Shown piece by piece: positions 25,451 to 37,859 of a DNA stretch of 64,000 bases. Origin of the DNA: Macrostomum lignano (lineage: Eukaryota); the NCBI GenBank assembly GCA_002269645.1, contig NIVC01000941.1:27299-91298 (forward strand), in the 5' to 3' direction. Made by a program: the position numbers and the translations under genes. Under the pieces are notes generated by a model. That model was not told where the DNA came from. It did not search any database and saw only the letters and a program-made list of their open reading frames with translations. The first letter of the stretch is position 1. Each line of letters opens with the position of its first letter.

Positions 25451-26059
25451 TGCCCAGATTTTGATAATGCATGTATCTCTGAGATGCTTTGTTTGGACGC
25501 AACTGGCATGGATGCCGCCACCAGAGTCTATCTGCGGGATAAGTAGTTGAGAAAATAGCAAAAACATTCCATTACAAAAAGCAGAATACAACACGCCAGT
25601 GGAATAAAACTCAAGGTCAAACAAAGAAGGGAGCAGTTACGAATGCAAACGACGATTTGTACAGAGGAAAAATAGCTGATAGCAGAGAAAGGGCGTTGCT
25701 GGGACATGCCAGTCGCATTATAAATCTTGATGAGCTCGAATCTCTGAACTACACTCTCCATTGCATTTGACAACCGGGCGGAGTTGAAACGCATGAACGA
25801 TCCGCTGCAATTAGCTGGCGTGTCCGCGCCACCCTGACTAGCGCAGCCGGTCGGCCTCAGAGCCCCACTGTGGATGACGAGGGCCAGTAGCAAGAGGAAT
25901 TTAATTTAAAACAAGATGAGTATCCGCGTTGGGAACTACATCTGGGTAGCAATCAGCATGTTCAGGCACTTCTGATACTAGAGAACGTGCTGAAAGTCCG
26001 TGATGCCAGTGAGCGATGCTGCATCTCTATGAATAGTGTGTGTAACACAATAGTGTGGT

Positions 26060-26680
26060 TGTAACACAAAGTCCCCGTGTGACACCAACACCATCAAGTG
26101 TGACTGTAACACTAAAGTTCCCGTGTAACACCAACACCATACAGTGTGATTGTAACACTAAAGTTCCCGTGTAACACCAACACCATACAGTGTGATTGTA
26201 ACACTAAAGTTCCCGTGTAACACCGACACCATACAGTGTGATTGTAACACTAAAGTTCCCGTGTAACACCGACACCATACAGTGTGATTGTAACACTAAA
26301 GTTCCCGTGTAACACCGACACCATACAGTGTGATTGTAACACTAAAGTTCCCGTGTAACACCGACACCATACAGTGTGATTGTAACACTAAAGTTCCCGT
26401 GTAACACCGACACCATACAGTGTGATTGTAACACTAAAGTTCCCGTGTAACACCGACACCATACAGTGTGATTGTAACACTAAAGTTCCCGTGTAACACC
26501 GACACCATACAGTGTGATTGTAACACTAAAGTTCCCGTGTAACACCGACACCATACAGTGTGATTGTAACACTAAAGTTCCCGTGTAACACCGACACCAT
26601 ACAGTGTGATTGTAACACTAAAGTTCCCGTGTAACACCAACACCATAAGTCTGGTTGTAACACCAAAGTCCCCGTGTAAC
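26060..26680. repeat. 46-bp minisatellite x~13
   Basis: Unit TGTAACACTAAAGTTCCCGTGTAACACCGACACCATACAGTGTGAT, with no spacers. Confidence 0.95.
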
Positions 26681-27184
26681 ACCCTAGTACGAGTACGATT
26701 AAAACATGCTTGGACCAGACGCCAACGCAATTAACCATAATTTTTTAACAATGACCAACATAAGCAATAAATAACAAGAATAGTAAGTCACTATGCGAAT
26801 TGCTGCAAATCAGAATAATTTGATTAATACCGTTGATTATTCGTAAAAAGTACTTAATCTATTTATTCTTATAAGAAAATATAAAAAGGACAAACGGGCC
26901 GATCAGTACAAGCGAAAAAAGCTGCCGCAAAAAATAGAATAACACACAACGTACAGATCAATCAACTTGGAAAATATGAGCCTCAATTTATACTGAATTG
27001 CCCAGCACTCGAGAGTCAGGGCTCGCAGACCATGACTTGGGCTCCACAAAAGCACAGAACACGCTTGGCAATACTGCAGAGTATACGGAAAGTCATCCTC
27101 ATGAACTTATTGACCTTGCCCTGATCTTACCTTCTTTGCTTGTATTACCTTTCCTTCTGCAACTATAACTCCCCATTCACTCCT

Positions 27185-28088
27185 TCCCTCTGCCAGTCCG
27201 CCTCTCCCCAATTCACTCTCACTGCGTGCCTCTCCCTTCCCAATACACTCCCTGCCTCTCCCCAATTCACTCTCACTGCGTGCCTCTCCCTTCCCAATAC
27301 ACTCCCTGCCTCTCCCCAATTCACTCTCACTGCCTGCCTCTCCCTTCCCAATACACTCCCTGCCTCTCCCCAATTCACTCTCACTGCCTGCCTCTCCCTT
27401 CCCAATACACTCCCTGCCTCTCCCCAATTCACTCTCACTGCCTGCCTCTCCCTTCCCAATACACTCCCTGCCTCTCCCTTCCCAATTCACTCTCTCTGCC
27501 TGCCTCTCCCTTCCCAATTCACTCCCTACCTCTCCCCAATTCACTTTCTCTGCCTGCCTCTCCCTTCCCAATTCACTCCCTACCTCTCCCCAATTCACTC
27601 TTACTGCCTGCCTCTCCCTTCCCAATTCACTCCCTGCCTCTCCCCAATTCACTCTCACTGCGTGCCTCTCCCTTCCCAATTCACTCCCTGCCTCTCCCCA
27701 ATTCACTCTCACTGCGTGCCTCTCCCTTCCCAATTCACTCTCACTGCTTCTCCCTTCCCAATTCACTCTCACTGCTTCTCCCTTCCCAATTCACTCTCAC
27801 TGCCTGCTTCTCCCTTCCCAATTCACTCTCACTGCTTCTCCCTTCCCAATTCACTCTCACTGCTTCTCCCTTCCCAATTCACTCTCACTGCTTCTCCCTT
27901 CCCAATTCACTCTCACTGCTTCTCCCTTTCCAATTCACTCTCACTGCTTCTCCCTTCCCAATTCACTCTCACTGCTTCTCCCTTCCCAATTCACTCTCAC
28001 TGCTTCTCCCTTCCCAATTCACTCTCACTGCTTCTCCCTTCCCAATTCACTCTCACTGACTCTCCCTTCCCAATTCCCTGCCTCTCCT
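27185..28088. repeat. Composite pyrimidine-rich minisatellite built on CTCCCTTCCCAATTCACTCTCACTG-type units
   Basis: Mixed roughly 24-50-bp periods that change along the array. Confidence 0.9.
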
Positions 28089-28406
28089 AGGAGAGGAGAG
28101 AAGGAGGAGAGGAGAGGAGAGCAGAGGAGAGCAGAGGAGAGGAGAGAAGAGGAGAGGAGAGAAGAGGAGAGGAGAGGAGAGCAGAGCAGAGAGGAGAGGA
28201 GAGAAGAGGAGAGGAGAGGAGAGCAGAGCAGAGAGGAGAGGAGAGAAGAGGAGAGCAGAGGAGAGGAGAGCAGAGGAGAGGAGAGGAGAGGAGAGGAGAG
28301 CAGAGCAGAGAGGAGAGGAGAGAAGAGGAGAGCAGAGGAGAGGAGAGCAGAGGAGAGGAGAGAAGAGGAGAGGAGAGCAGAGGAGAGGAGAGGAGAGAAG
28401 AGGAGA
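28089..28406. repeat. Purine-rich (GGAGA)n-type array
   Basis: Direct reading. Confidence 0.95.
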
Positions 28407-29227
28407 GATTGTAGCGGCCGGATTGCTATTGTGAAGTTTCAAAGGACCCCCGAGGGCCGGTTAGCTCTGCGGACCGGAGCTAACCAACCCCTGTGTTAGG
28501 TGATCAGTTAATCTTATAAACCGCATTCACCCCAAATACTAAGCTCGACTTGAAAAAGAAAATGTCTCAAATGTCGTGCTCGAGATCCCGAGAGCGGAAG
28601 GTAGTTCAGCTGCTCTCCAATGTATCAAAGAGTCACAAGACAAAAAGTTGAAATAAACATGGTTAATTCGTTGAAAAAAACTAATCCCGTCTATTAGTTT
28701 TTGAGACTGAAAACCGTTTGAATTAATAAATGTAGCAGGCCACCTTGAAAACTGTAAATTTGTGCTACAAGATAGGCTATTGCCATGGGTCTCTAGACAG
28801 ATAGCTAAAAGCGTAAGGAAAGTGTTATTTTTTGCAAATTTCCCATTTTCGGCAGATTTCTCTGGTGACAGAAAGAAACAAATCCGGGCTTCTTCTGACG
28901 ATCTAAACTGAGACTTTAGTCTAACAAAGCGAGGCTACATATGCTCCCTATACAAATTCAGCACAAGTGATGTTAGACATAGGCTATGCCCGTATAAGCC
29001 AAATGGAGAATCAAAATGAGACGCAGCCAATCAATACGGGGCTGAACTGAAAGTAGCCAATTTATTTGGAAATTCGCGGCGATCCTATAAACGGATGCTC
29101 ACTTGATTTCAATAACTTGAGCGGCAGCTAGAATGGATGATCCGGTATTGACAGGGTCGGTCAGACGTTGACGGTCTTCTGTTGGAGTCGGTGGAGCCAT
29201 AACAGTGTCCAGTTCGGAACGGACTCA

Positions 29228-29648
29228 GCCTTTTACTCGCGTAGTCTATGGCTTTTACTCGCGTAGTCTATGGCTTTTACTCGTGTAGTCTATGGCTTTT
29301 ACTCGCGTAGCCTATGGCTTTTACTCGCGTAGTCTATGGCTTTTACTTGCGTAGCCTATGGCTTTTACTCGCGTAGCCTATGGCTTTTACTCGCGTAGCC
29401 TATGGCTTTTACTCGCGTAGTCTATGGCTTTTACTCGCGTAGTCTATGGCTTTTACTCGCGTAGTCTATGGCTTTTACTCGCGTAGTCTATGGCTTTTAC
29501 TCGCGTAGTCTATGGCTTTTACTCGCGTAGCCTATGGCTTTTACTCGCGTAGCCTATGGCTTTTACTCGCGTAGCCTATGGCTTTTACTCGCGTAGCCTA
29601 TGGCTTTTACTCGCGTAGTCTATGGCTCTTACTCGCGCAGTCTATAGC
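29228..29648. repeat. 22-bp minisatellite (TTTTACTCGCGTAGTCTATGGC) x~19
   Basis: Tandem units. Confidence 0.95.
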
Positions 29649-30835
29649 CATGTGTTTCTTAACATCGCTCCTGCTGGTTTGTATGGGGAGCTTATAGAAT
29701 CTTGGTTTGTTTGACTAAAGTCTCATTTAGATGGTCAAAAGGACAGCTTTGAAATTGTTTACTGTGCCTTTGCTGGTCTATTCCCGGCAAATGGGGCATT
29801 TCATTGATTAGCTAAGAAAGTTATAGGGAAAAGCTCCTTGTACACCTTTTCTCGTTCAATTTCAACAAAACAACAGTTCTTTTTAGACAAGACGATGTTC
29901 TATTTAGACACTATGGTTTAAAGCAGTATAAGTTACTGCTTGCAAACGAACTGTCATTCAATTTAGACAAGCAACATTCTATTTCGCCACAAGGAAAGGG
30001 CCGGACTGGCTAAAAACGTGTACGAACCTAAAAACCTGTCGCTTCTTTCAAACCACCATTTGAGTAGTTTTTTACTGTTTTTTTTTAAAACCGAATGAGA
30101 GTGAGAGAGAATAAGACAGACAGACAGACAGAGAGACAGATTGTGAAAAAAGCAAAAAACTTAACAGTCAAACAAACACGTACAAATAAGAAACAATGCA
30201 GCCAGCACGTAGACTGTGCAGTCATCTCAAAAGGCAGATCATCCCGTACACGTACATCACCGAGCTCTTCTTCGTCTTCTTCTTCAATCTCTTCAATAAT
30301 CTCCTCTTCATCTTCTACATGTACCACAGCGGCTATCTTTTTCTTATAATATGTGCGAAGTCGATTTTTTGTGTGTACTTTTAAAAATTAATCTTTGGAT
30401 GAGTTAGGAGAGGGAGAGTGAGCCTGTGATTGGTGTCTAAAATGAATGTTGGCTGTTTAAATTGAACGTGCCAACACCCGATCAAAGTGATTTCGGGCTC
30501 AAAAGAATTTCAGTTTGTCTAATTTGAATGCTTTGAGCTGTGCTCCAAACCCTTAAATGTCAAGAAAATTGGGTCTAAGATGAACACATAATCAGCACCA
30601 CAGAGAGCACAGGACAGTCGGACAGTGTTGAGCTCAGCATGCCAAAAGCCACTGTAGAAAAAAATGCCACCAATCGATTAGCAATAACTAAAACAGATTT
30701 GGAACAAGCAGCGGACCTAGCTGACTCGGCTACTGACAGTAGTATGCAGCAGATATTTATATATATAACAGTCAAGGAATGTTTGATTTGAATGCAGGCA
30801 AGGTGAACGTTGTGAATTCTTTCTTAGAAGCAGAC

Positions 30836-33800
30836 TTAGACCGACTTCTGTTTATTCTGCACCGAGCGCACATTCCAGTGGAAGCAGTCGGCGAGGCCGC
30901 TGAACCAGTCCTGCAGCGGACTCCTGGCCGATATGGAGGGCACCATGTACTCTGAGGTGGTGATGCTCACCGAGTCGCCCGGGAGCAGCTCCTGACGGTC
31001 GCGACCATCGAAGCTGACCCAGGCGGTGCCGCGGGCGGCCTCCGCCAGCCGTACCTGGATATTAATCAATGATAATGCAATGAAAAGTTGAAAGCTTGCA
31101 AATATTGATTTATGGCTGCCAAATCATTATTCTAAAGTGATAGCAGCTAAACTGGCACTCACTATTCTGAGTGATGGCAGCTAAACTGGCACTCATTATT
31201 CTGAGTGATGGCAGCTAAACTGGCACTCATTATTCTGAGTGATGGCAGCTAAACTGGCACTCATTTTTCTAAGTGATGGCAGCTAAACTGGCACTCACTA
31301 TTCTGATTCAAGTGTATAAGTAAAAAAAAATACGAATCAACCAATCTGCACCGACGGCAGGCCCACCTTGATGCTGGTGCTGGCCGGCAGGACCACAGGC
31401 CGGAAGCTGAGCGAGTGCGGGCACACCGGAGCCACAAGGAGGGCGGGCACAGACGGGTGCAGCATGTTGGCACCGGCCGCCATGGCGTAGGCGGTGCTGC
31501 CAGTCGGGCTGCTCACAATGAGGCCGTCGCCCTGCACCGTGGTGACTGTGCGCTCCTCGATCAGCACGTCAATGATGCAGAGGTAGCCAGATGGACCACG
31601 ATCGATCACAACTTCGTTTAGCACCTGTGCGTAATATACAGTACATTAGGCATTAGAGACAACCTTGTAAACTAGATCAGAAAACTTGCAATTGAAAAGC
31701 ACTAAAGCCTTAGGTCTCGAAAGCGGTGGTCGGAGCCAACGTTCAAGGGTTCGAATCAACACTATAATTTCGCTCCTGGGGTTCGGATCACAAAGATTCA
31801 CGTATGCGTTATAAGAGGCCAGTTTATTTATTATACATGCCCTGATGAGCAGACGAGCAACCGACAGCTCAGCTGCAGCTATTGCGCGGCGCATCTGAAG
31901 GCTGCATACGGCTGTTCAAGTCTAAGGACTGGGGTCGCCACACACACCCTCAATTACCCCAGCTAATGCTGGCACCCATTTTACAGCTGGGTGAACTGAA
32001 GCAATGCAGAGTTAAGTGTCTTGCTCAAGGACACAAGTTTTTCCTAGTGGGTCGAGAATCGAACCCACCCTCGACCTTTCAGTCGCAGGTCCGACGCTCT
32101 CACCAGTAGGCTGCAATCCCTCCCCTAAATCGAATTCGTACCTGCTTGAAGTCGCTCGCGCCGCTGTTTGCGTGGGACAGTCTGCAGGCCAGGCGAGACC
32201 GCATGATGAAGTGGCTGCGGCTGTCCAGCACCGAGCGCAGGTCAGCCCGATAGTTTTCAAACCGGTGCGGCGACAGCAGGCCCAGGCTGTTGTGATGGTG
32301 GAAGGCCAGGATGGGCGGCACATCGGCCTGGAACAGGTTGCTGGCGTACAGGAGGCTGCCGTCCCCGCCGATGCACACAATCAGATCGACTGTCCGGTCA
32401 CTGAAGCTGAACTCCGCGTACACAAACGTGCGCAGCTGGCTGATGACGCTGTCCAAGGAGACTGCCGCCTCGTCTGCTGCCGCCGCTGCCCGCAGCTCCG
32501 ACACGGCGTTGATCTCAACCAGCACCTCCAAGTGCAGATCCTGGACAGTAGTTTTGCAGTTTAAACTAGCAGCTTTGGAGGCCGGATATACGGCTTTATC
32601 TTCTGAGCGATAACGATTCCCCTTGGTTATCTGATGGATTTCCCTTGATTATCTGATGGATTTCCCTTGATTATCAGAAGGATTCCCCTTTGATTATCTG
32701 AGGTATTCCCCTTGATTATCTGAGGTATTCCCCTTGATTATCTGAGGTATTCCCCTTGATTATCTGAGGGATCCCCTTTGATTATCTGAGGGATACCTTG
32801 ACCATCTGAGGAAAGGGGGCCGCAGCCTAATGGTCCAGCGCGGCGATCTGATGTGCCAGCGGCCCAGGCTCGATTCCAAGTGCAGTCATTAATCTGAAGC
32901 TGAATCAGAATCTCGGCTTGGCTCTGCTCGTGCAACTAACGCTCTTGAGGGCCAACCCCCAAGGCACAGTGAAGTAAGTGTTCACGCCTAACGATAAATA
33001 AATCAGGGCCGCTGTACACTCCTGTGTGAGTGTGTGCCTGTGCGTATGACTGTGCATGTATCCGCGCGCTTGTGTGCCTGCTCAAGGGAGTCGGCGGAAT
33101 GGGCGTAATGCCTCTTGCCGGTTGTGTGACAGTGTCGCTTAAAGTGCGCCATGGTGCACACAGCCCCCCTGCCTCTGGTCTAGTAGTAGTAGACCATGTG
33201 AGCAATTCCCCTGAAGCCCTTGACCTCCTGAGCTCTTATCCTAGAGTCATGGACCGCTTCTCTTGTATACAGTGATCCCCCCCAAAGGCAGAGACAAAAC
33301 AGCGGAAGGCCAGTCCGCTGAGCCTTGCTACCCGCACAGAACAATCTGTAGAAACGGAGAAAAAGTTCGCAGAGGCAGTGGGTTAGTCTTCAGTAACAGA
33401 TCAAGTTTTACCAACGAGAGAGATAGAGAACAGGAGAACAAGCCCTAGCACTGAACACTGTGCGCTCGAACTTCTCTCACGCTGATAAGAATTGAGCAGT
33501 AGGCCCAGTCACCCCGGCACAGTTGCAGCCATGGAGATCGAGATGCAAAACCTGGAGTAGCGACCCAGAACTGCCCGGGCTGGGTAAGATCCACTGTACG
33601 GTTTGATAAAAAACATCAAAAGAAAACGCGATTGTGGGAAACTCGAAAGCGAAAGTTTGGCGTAGAATTTTTTCGACTTCAGGCTTTGAATTTTTCGAAT
33701 TCGAGTTTCCACTCCAGACTGTCTGTCTAGAACTCCAGGCCTAGGGTTCGGTCACTCACCGACCAGTGAGTTTCCACTCCAGACTGTCTGTCTAGAACTC

Positions 33801-34355
33801 CAGGTCTAGGGTTCGGTCACTCACCGACCAGTGAGTTTCCACTCCAGACTGTCTGTCTAGAACTCCAGGTCTAGGGTTCGGTCACTTACTGACCAGTGAG
33901 TTTCCACTCCAGACTGATTGTCTAGAATTCCAGGTCTAGGATTCGGTCACTTACTGAGACTAAATGAGTCAGCAGTTCGATGAAGGCTGGCAGCAGGGTG
34001 GGGTCGGGTTTCTTGACGGCCATTACCCGCCTGGGCAGACTGTCGGCCCACTTCAGCAGGTGGTTGTCCAGCTTGCTGTCCTTCAGACCCCTGGCAACGG
34101 ATGGAGTTGAGATCAAAACTCAACGAGCACCCAATGACATTTTCAACAAGCCTTTGCCAGAATTATCAACAATATTTCCTAGCTTAAATCATCACTGTAA
34201 ACCAGAACGGTCTGATTAGGCCAAAGCACTCACCGTTGAAAGTAGGGCTTCCACCGAAGAGTTATGCTGCTCCTCGCGTGCTCCCACTGTCCCTCCTCAT
34301 CCTCCCCGCCGCCGCTGCAAGTGTTAGGCACGTGAACTCGGCCGTTGCAATTCAT
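30836..34355 (-). CDS. NADK: NAD kinase, complement(join(30836..31054,31367..31624,32142..32540,33955..34090,34234..34355)), about 377 aa
   Basis: All junctions are GT-AG and phase-compatible. Motifs: W..PRRVMAVKK, IGGDGSLLYAS (GGDG), VLNEVVIDRG (NE), GDGLIVSSPTGSTAY, CPHSLSFRP, WVSFDG, HWNVR. Confidence 0.92.
31134..31305. repeat. 34-bp minisatellite x~5 in the last NADK intron
   Basis: Unit GTGATGGCAGCTAAACTGGCACTCATTATTCTGA. Confidence 0.9.
31822..32120 (-). mobile_element. tRNA-derived CORE-like SINE, copy 2, in a NADK intron starting about 20 bp after the donor
   Basis: Reverse complement aligns along its whole length with 7969-8312. Core GTGTCCTTGAGCAAGACACTTAAC...CAGCTGTAAAATGGG. Confidence 0.8.
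32612..32795. repeat. ~22-bp minisatellite (TTCCCCTTGATTATCTGAGGTA-like) x~8
   Basis: Tandem, slightly variable units. Confidence 0.85.
33700..33955. repeat. 65-bp tandem repeat x~4 at the 5' end of NADK intron 2
   Basis: GAGTTTCCAC recurs at 33703, 33768, 33833 and 33898. Confidence 0.9.
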
Positions 34356-35797
34356 GGCTTCCTGGCAGGCTCAAGCAGTTCAACTGCTACTCAAAGTAAT
34401 TTTCAATGGAGTTGTTGACTTCACAAAGTGCGAGGCAAGCAGGCGCTTAATAAATGCATGGGGCTTCTCAACTCCGACTCCACCCTGTGCTGCAGGCCTT
34501 TATGTCCAGCGGTTGGTTGGTGCAGCGCCAACCTTTGTACTGTGTCAATTGGCTGCAATTTCAACAGCAGCAATAATGAGCCAATTAAAAGACTCTCAGC
34601 TATGGTAAGTATTTTTACTTTGCTATTTTACTTTTTTATCAGAGAAACTACCATAAGTACTATATAAAGGATATGTAAATGCAAGTATATTCTGAATAGA
34701 GTTAAAAGTCAAGAGCACACAGACCAAACATTTTTCAAATGCTAAGTCATCCCACTTTGGTCTCTCTCTCTCTCTCTCTCTTTTTGGGCCCTCTAATGGC
34801 CACTTAGACATCCTTAGGATTGACTTGATGATTACTAAGACAGGCTAAGCTAAAATAGTTTCATTGGTCAACATTTTTACCTTGAGTGTAACAACAGGTA
34901 AGATTTTGTCTGCCTGCACCTTTTGCTCGCGTTGGGTAACAAGGAATTGAACTCGAAGCACAGTATTTCTGGGCCCAGGCTGCTGCAGTCTATAGCCCAG
35001 CCAAGGCAATGGCCATTGCCTTTGGGCCCGAAGATGCAGGCGAGAGAAAATTAAAGCGAGTGCCTCCACTGTCTCTCCTTTTTATATAAAACACTGAAGA
35101 ACATGCGCGTGGGAATGAAAAGCTACATAGAATAAAATGCATTCTATGCAGCTCATATTGAGGGCCAGATAAAAAATCTAGCTAATGGCTATAGAACATG
35201 AAGAAAAGAAAGGGAAGAAAGAGAGAAAATAGGAAAAAGATAAGAGATGGGATGGGATTTAGGATAAGAAAAAAATGAGAGAAGATGAAAGAAGAAAAGA
35301 AAAAAAGAGAAAGAAAGTATGAGAATTAAGAAAAAAACTTGAGCAGGCTAGATTATTATTATAAAGTTTCAAAGGACCTAAAGGCTAGATAAAGTGATTT
35401 CATGACCCATGTTTGGCTTATAGACTACTAGAGTTTTATAAACTTTTTCTTTGGACCCAAAATAGAGACTAAGTTAGAGAATATACATTTGTATATTATA
35501 TATTTCTAATCAATTGATTTACAAAATTCAAATTTAATTGCTTTGGTCTGGAGTCTAGGCTCTAACTTTGAGCTCTCTTCTAGGACTTAAGTTGACATAT
35601 CTTTCTTGCTATAATGAATACAGTGACCATACTCCAGATCATGTAGTATATGCCAAAAATTTGGGAGTGCATTGGCCTTGTATGCCAAAAGTAGGCATGC
35701 ACAGTTGGCGTGCATCATTCCTAAGAAAATAGTGTGCATGCGCCATGCACACCTAGCGGGCACCAGAGACCAGAGAAAGGGTTGGAGCGGCACTGTG

Positions 35798-36268
35798 GCA
35801 TCATCAACCACCTGGTGGCTACTGGAGAGCGAGATCGGCTTTTGAGAAGTGAGTTCAAACCGAGTCTGGTAGCATTTAGCAAGATCATTAATTCACAGTT
35901 TTCCAAAAAATGCATGCCATTTCAGGTACTTCAACCCTCCCAAGAGCGAGCTGCCTAACTGCACCGATAAGCCTTTCCCTTACGCTCTCAACAACTGGAT
36001 ACCCCAAGAACCGAATATTTTCAACACTCGCCACGGTGCTCTTACCCTCAGCAACACTCTGGGGATCGCCGTCATCAACTTGGTTGGCTGTCTGCTCACT
36101 CTGCTGCTGGCATTGCTGGAGAAGGCCTGCATCAACCTCAGGCCGCGTTTGAATCAGTTAAGAGGCAACGCGTTAAAGGACTGGCGACGACACAGGGCTG
36201 GGACTGGTGAAGCTGCGCAAACAGCTGCCAAAAATCAGACAAAAGAGAAGATGGAGTCATACGTCTAA
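35798..36268 (+). pseudogene. iGluR-like B' relic: only the end of exon 9 and exon 10 remain
   Basis: Near-identical to 55890-56350 of gene B. Upstream 35150-35590 resembles 50120-50360, implying loss of about 5.5 kb containing exons 1-9. Confidence 0.85.
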
Positions 36269-37859
36269 CGCTTGAATTTTCACTTCTTCCATTATGAAGT
36301 CCAATGATTAATAAATCTGTAAATATTTGATTCACAGTTTATTCTTTTATACGAAAAACGAAAAGAAAAGATGGTTACTTATTGATCATGTGCCTCATTG
36401 ATTAAGCTGCTAGGGATGTCATGATCCCAGCTGGCTCAATTCAACTCAGATAATTTATTCGTTTAGTTGGACAATCCGACAATAATACTTTACCGATGCG
36501 AAGCGCCATATGACGTAAATTTTAATGCGATGCAAAGCAAGGAAATATTATTCTGCAAAAGTCGTTTAGACATTTCGGCCAAAGCAAGAAAGTGCCAATC
36601 GGTATTGTTTTTTTATTATGTCATGGCAACCCACGCCTGACCTATCCGTTAGTGAATTGTTATGACACTCTGACCCTTGCGTCACTGCTAAAGCTTCACG
36701 CAAGCATGGCTTTATCATTGACCCATTCTATTGTGTAAAGCTTTCTTAAGTTCCGAATCTTTCACGTGCTCCAACTTACGCACAAGATTTAAGGATCGTC
36801 TCAGAGTTCTTTAGTGCGTTCGGTGAAACTTTCGCCATGGCTTACAACTATGATCTAGTAAACTCGGTCAGCCAATCCAGTTAGTCCTCGTCCCGTAAAG
36901 TTTCGCTCCACTGTCCCAAATGAAGTAACACGGAATGCGAACTTACTGTACTGTCATTTGGCTCGCGTGGCCCAAGGAAGTGCACAATTGGGACGTTTCT
37001 GATGCTAATTTTTGTATCAATAAAGCGTTTTTAAATAGACAGTAGCCGCGCATATTCGCTTTGACTTACAAAAGATTCACCGAACGAAAATTTACGCCCA
37101 CGGCAAAAAAACCATACGATCACTTCACCAAAAAAATGTACGCCACAGTCTAATAACGCATTTACTAATACTTACGCAGGCGCACACGCATACGCACAGT
37201 GTGTACAGAGATATTGATTTTTTTGTCTGCAGGGTTTTGTTGTGCGTGCTGCGTCAGTAGGGTTTCCCCACCCCGGCCTTTCTCTCTCTCTCTCTCTCTC
37301 TCTTTGTGCCTCCGCCTCTCGCGCTGGGTTGGGCCGGTCGGTCGGGCTGGGGTTTGTGGGCTTAAGCCTCACCCTAGTCTGGCCGGCGGCCAGCTCAGGG
37401 CCGGTCTTGTGCGCGGGCCGGCTCAGTCGCCCCGCCCTTCCCGGCGGCTGGTGATTGGCTGGCCGGTTGGGTGAGGTGTACTGGCTGGGTCTGTCGGCTT
37501 GCCCCTCCCCCCTTTTTGTGCTATTTATACGTGCGCCCCGCCCCACCCCGTCCCGGGCCCTCCCCCTAACCTCGCTGGCTGTAGAAGAGTCCAAATAAAC
37601 GCGATCGCGGTACGCTGAGGCATTCACTGCGTTGTTGAATCTGCTCGAACCAAGTGTGAGTCTTCTTTTTTCTCTGGGGTGCCGCGCTGGGACTCGAACC
37701 TTTCTGGGACCGGCAGGTGAACCTTCGCCAGCCAAGTCATTCCGTGAACTCTCGCAGCACATCTAGGGCCGGTCTGGTGAACTTTCGTCGGCCGGGCCGT
37801 GGTGAACTCTCGCCGCGTTAGGGGCAATAAGCGGGACCTGGGTGTCTCCCAGCAAGGTA

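Noticed and set aside
26060-26680. CRISPR-like appearance of the 46-bp array (also the 65-, 39- and 34-bp arrays)
   Set aside because: Units are head-to-tail with no unique spacers, there are no cas genes, and the context is eukaryotic.
34428-34667. Plus-strand ORF with a GTAAGT donor, considered as another iGluR exon-2 relic
   Set aside because: No ALLWN-type similarity in any frame, and it overlaps the presumed NADK upstream region.
35003-35022. 20-bp perfect palindrome AAGGCAATGGCCATTGCCTT
   Set aside because: It is isolated, with no associated feature or second copy, so no function can be supported.
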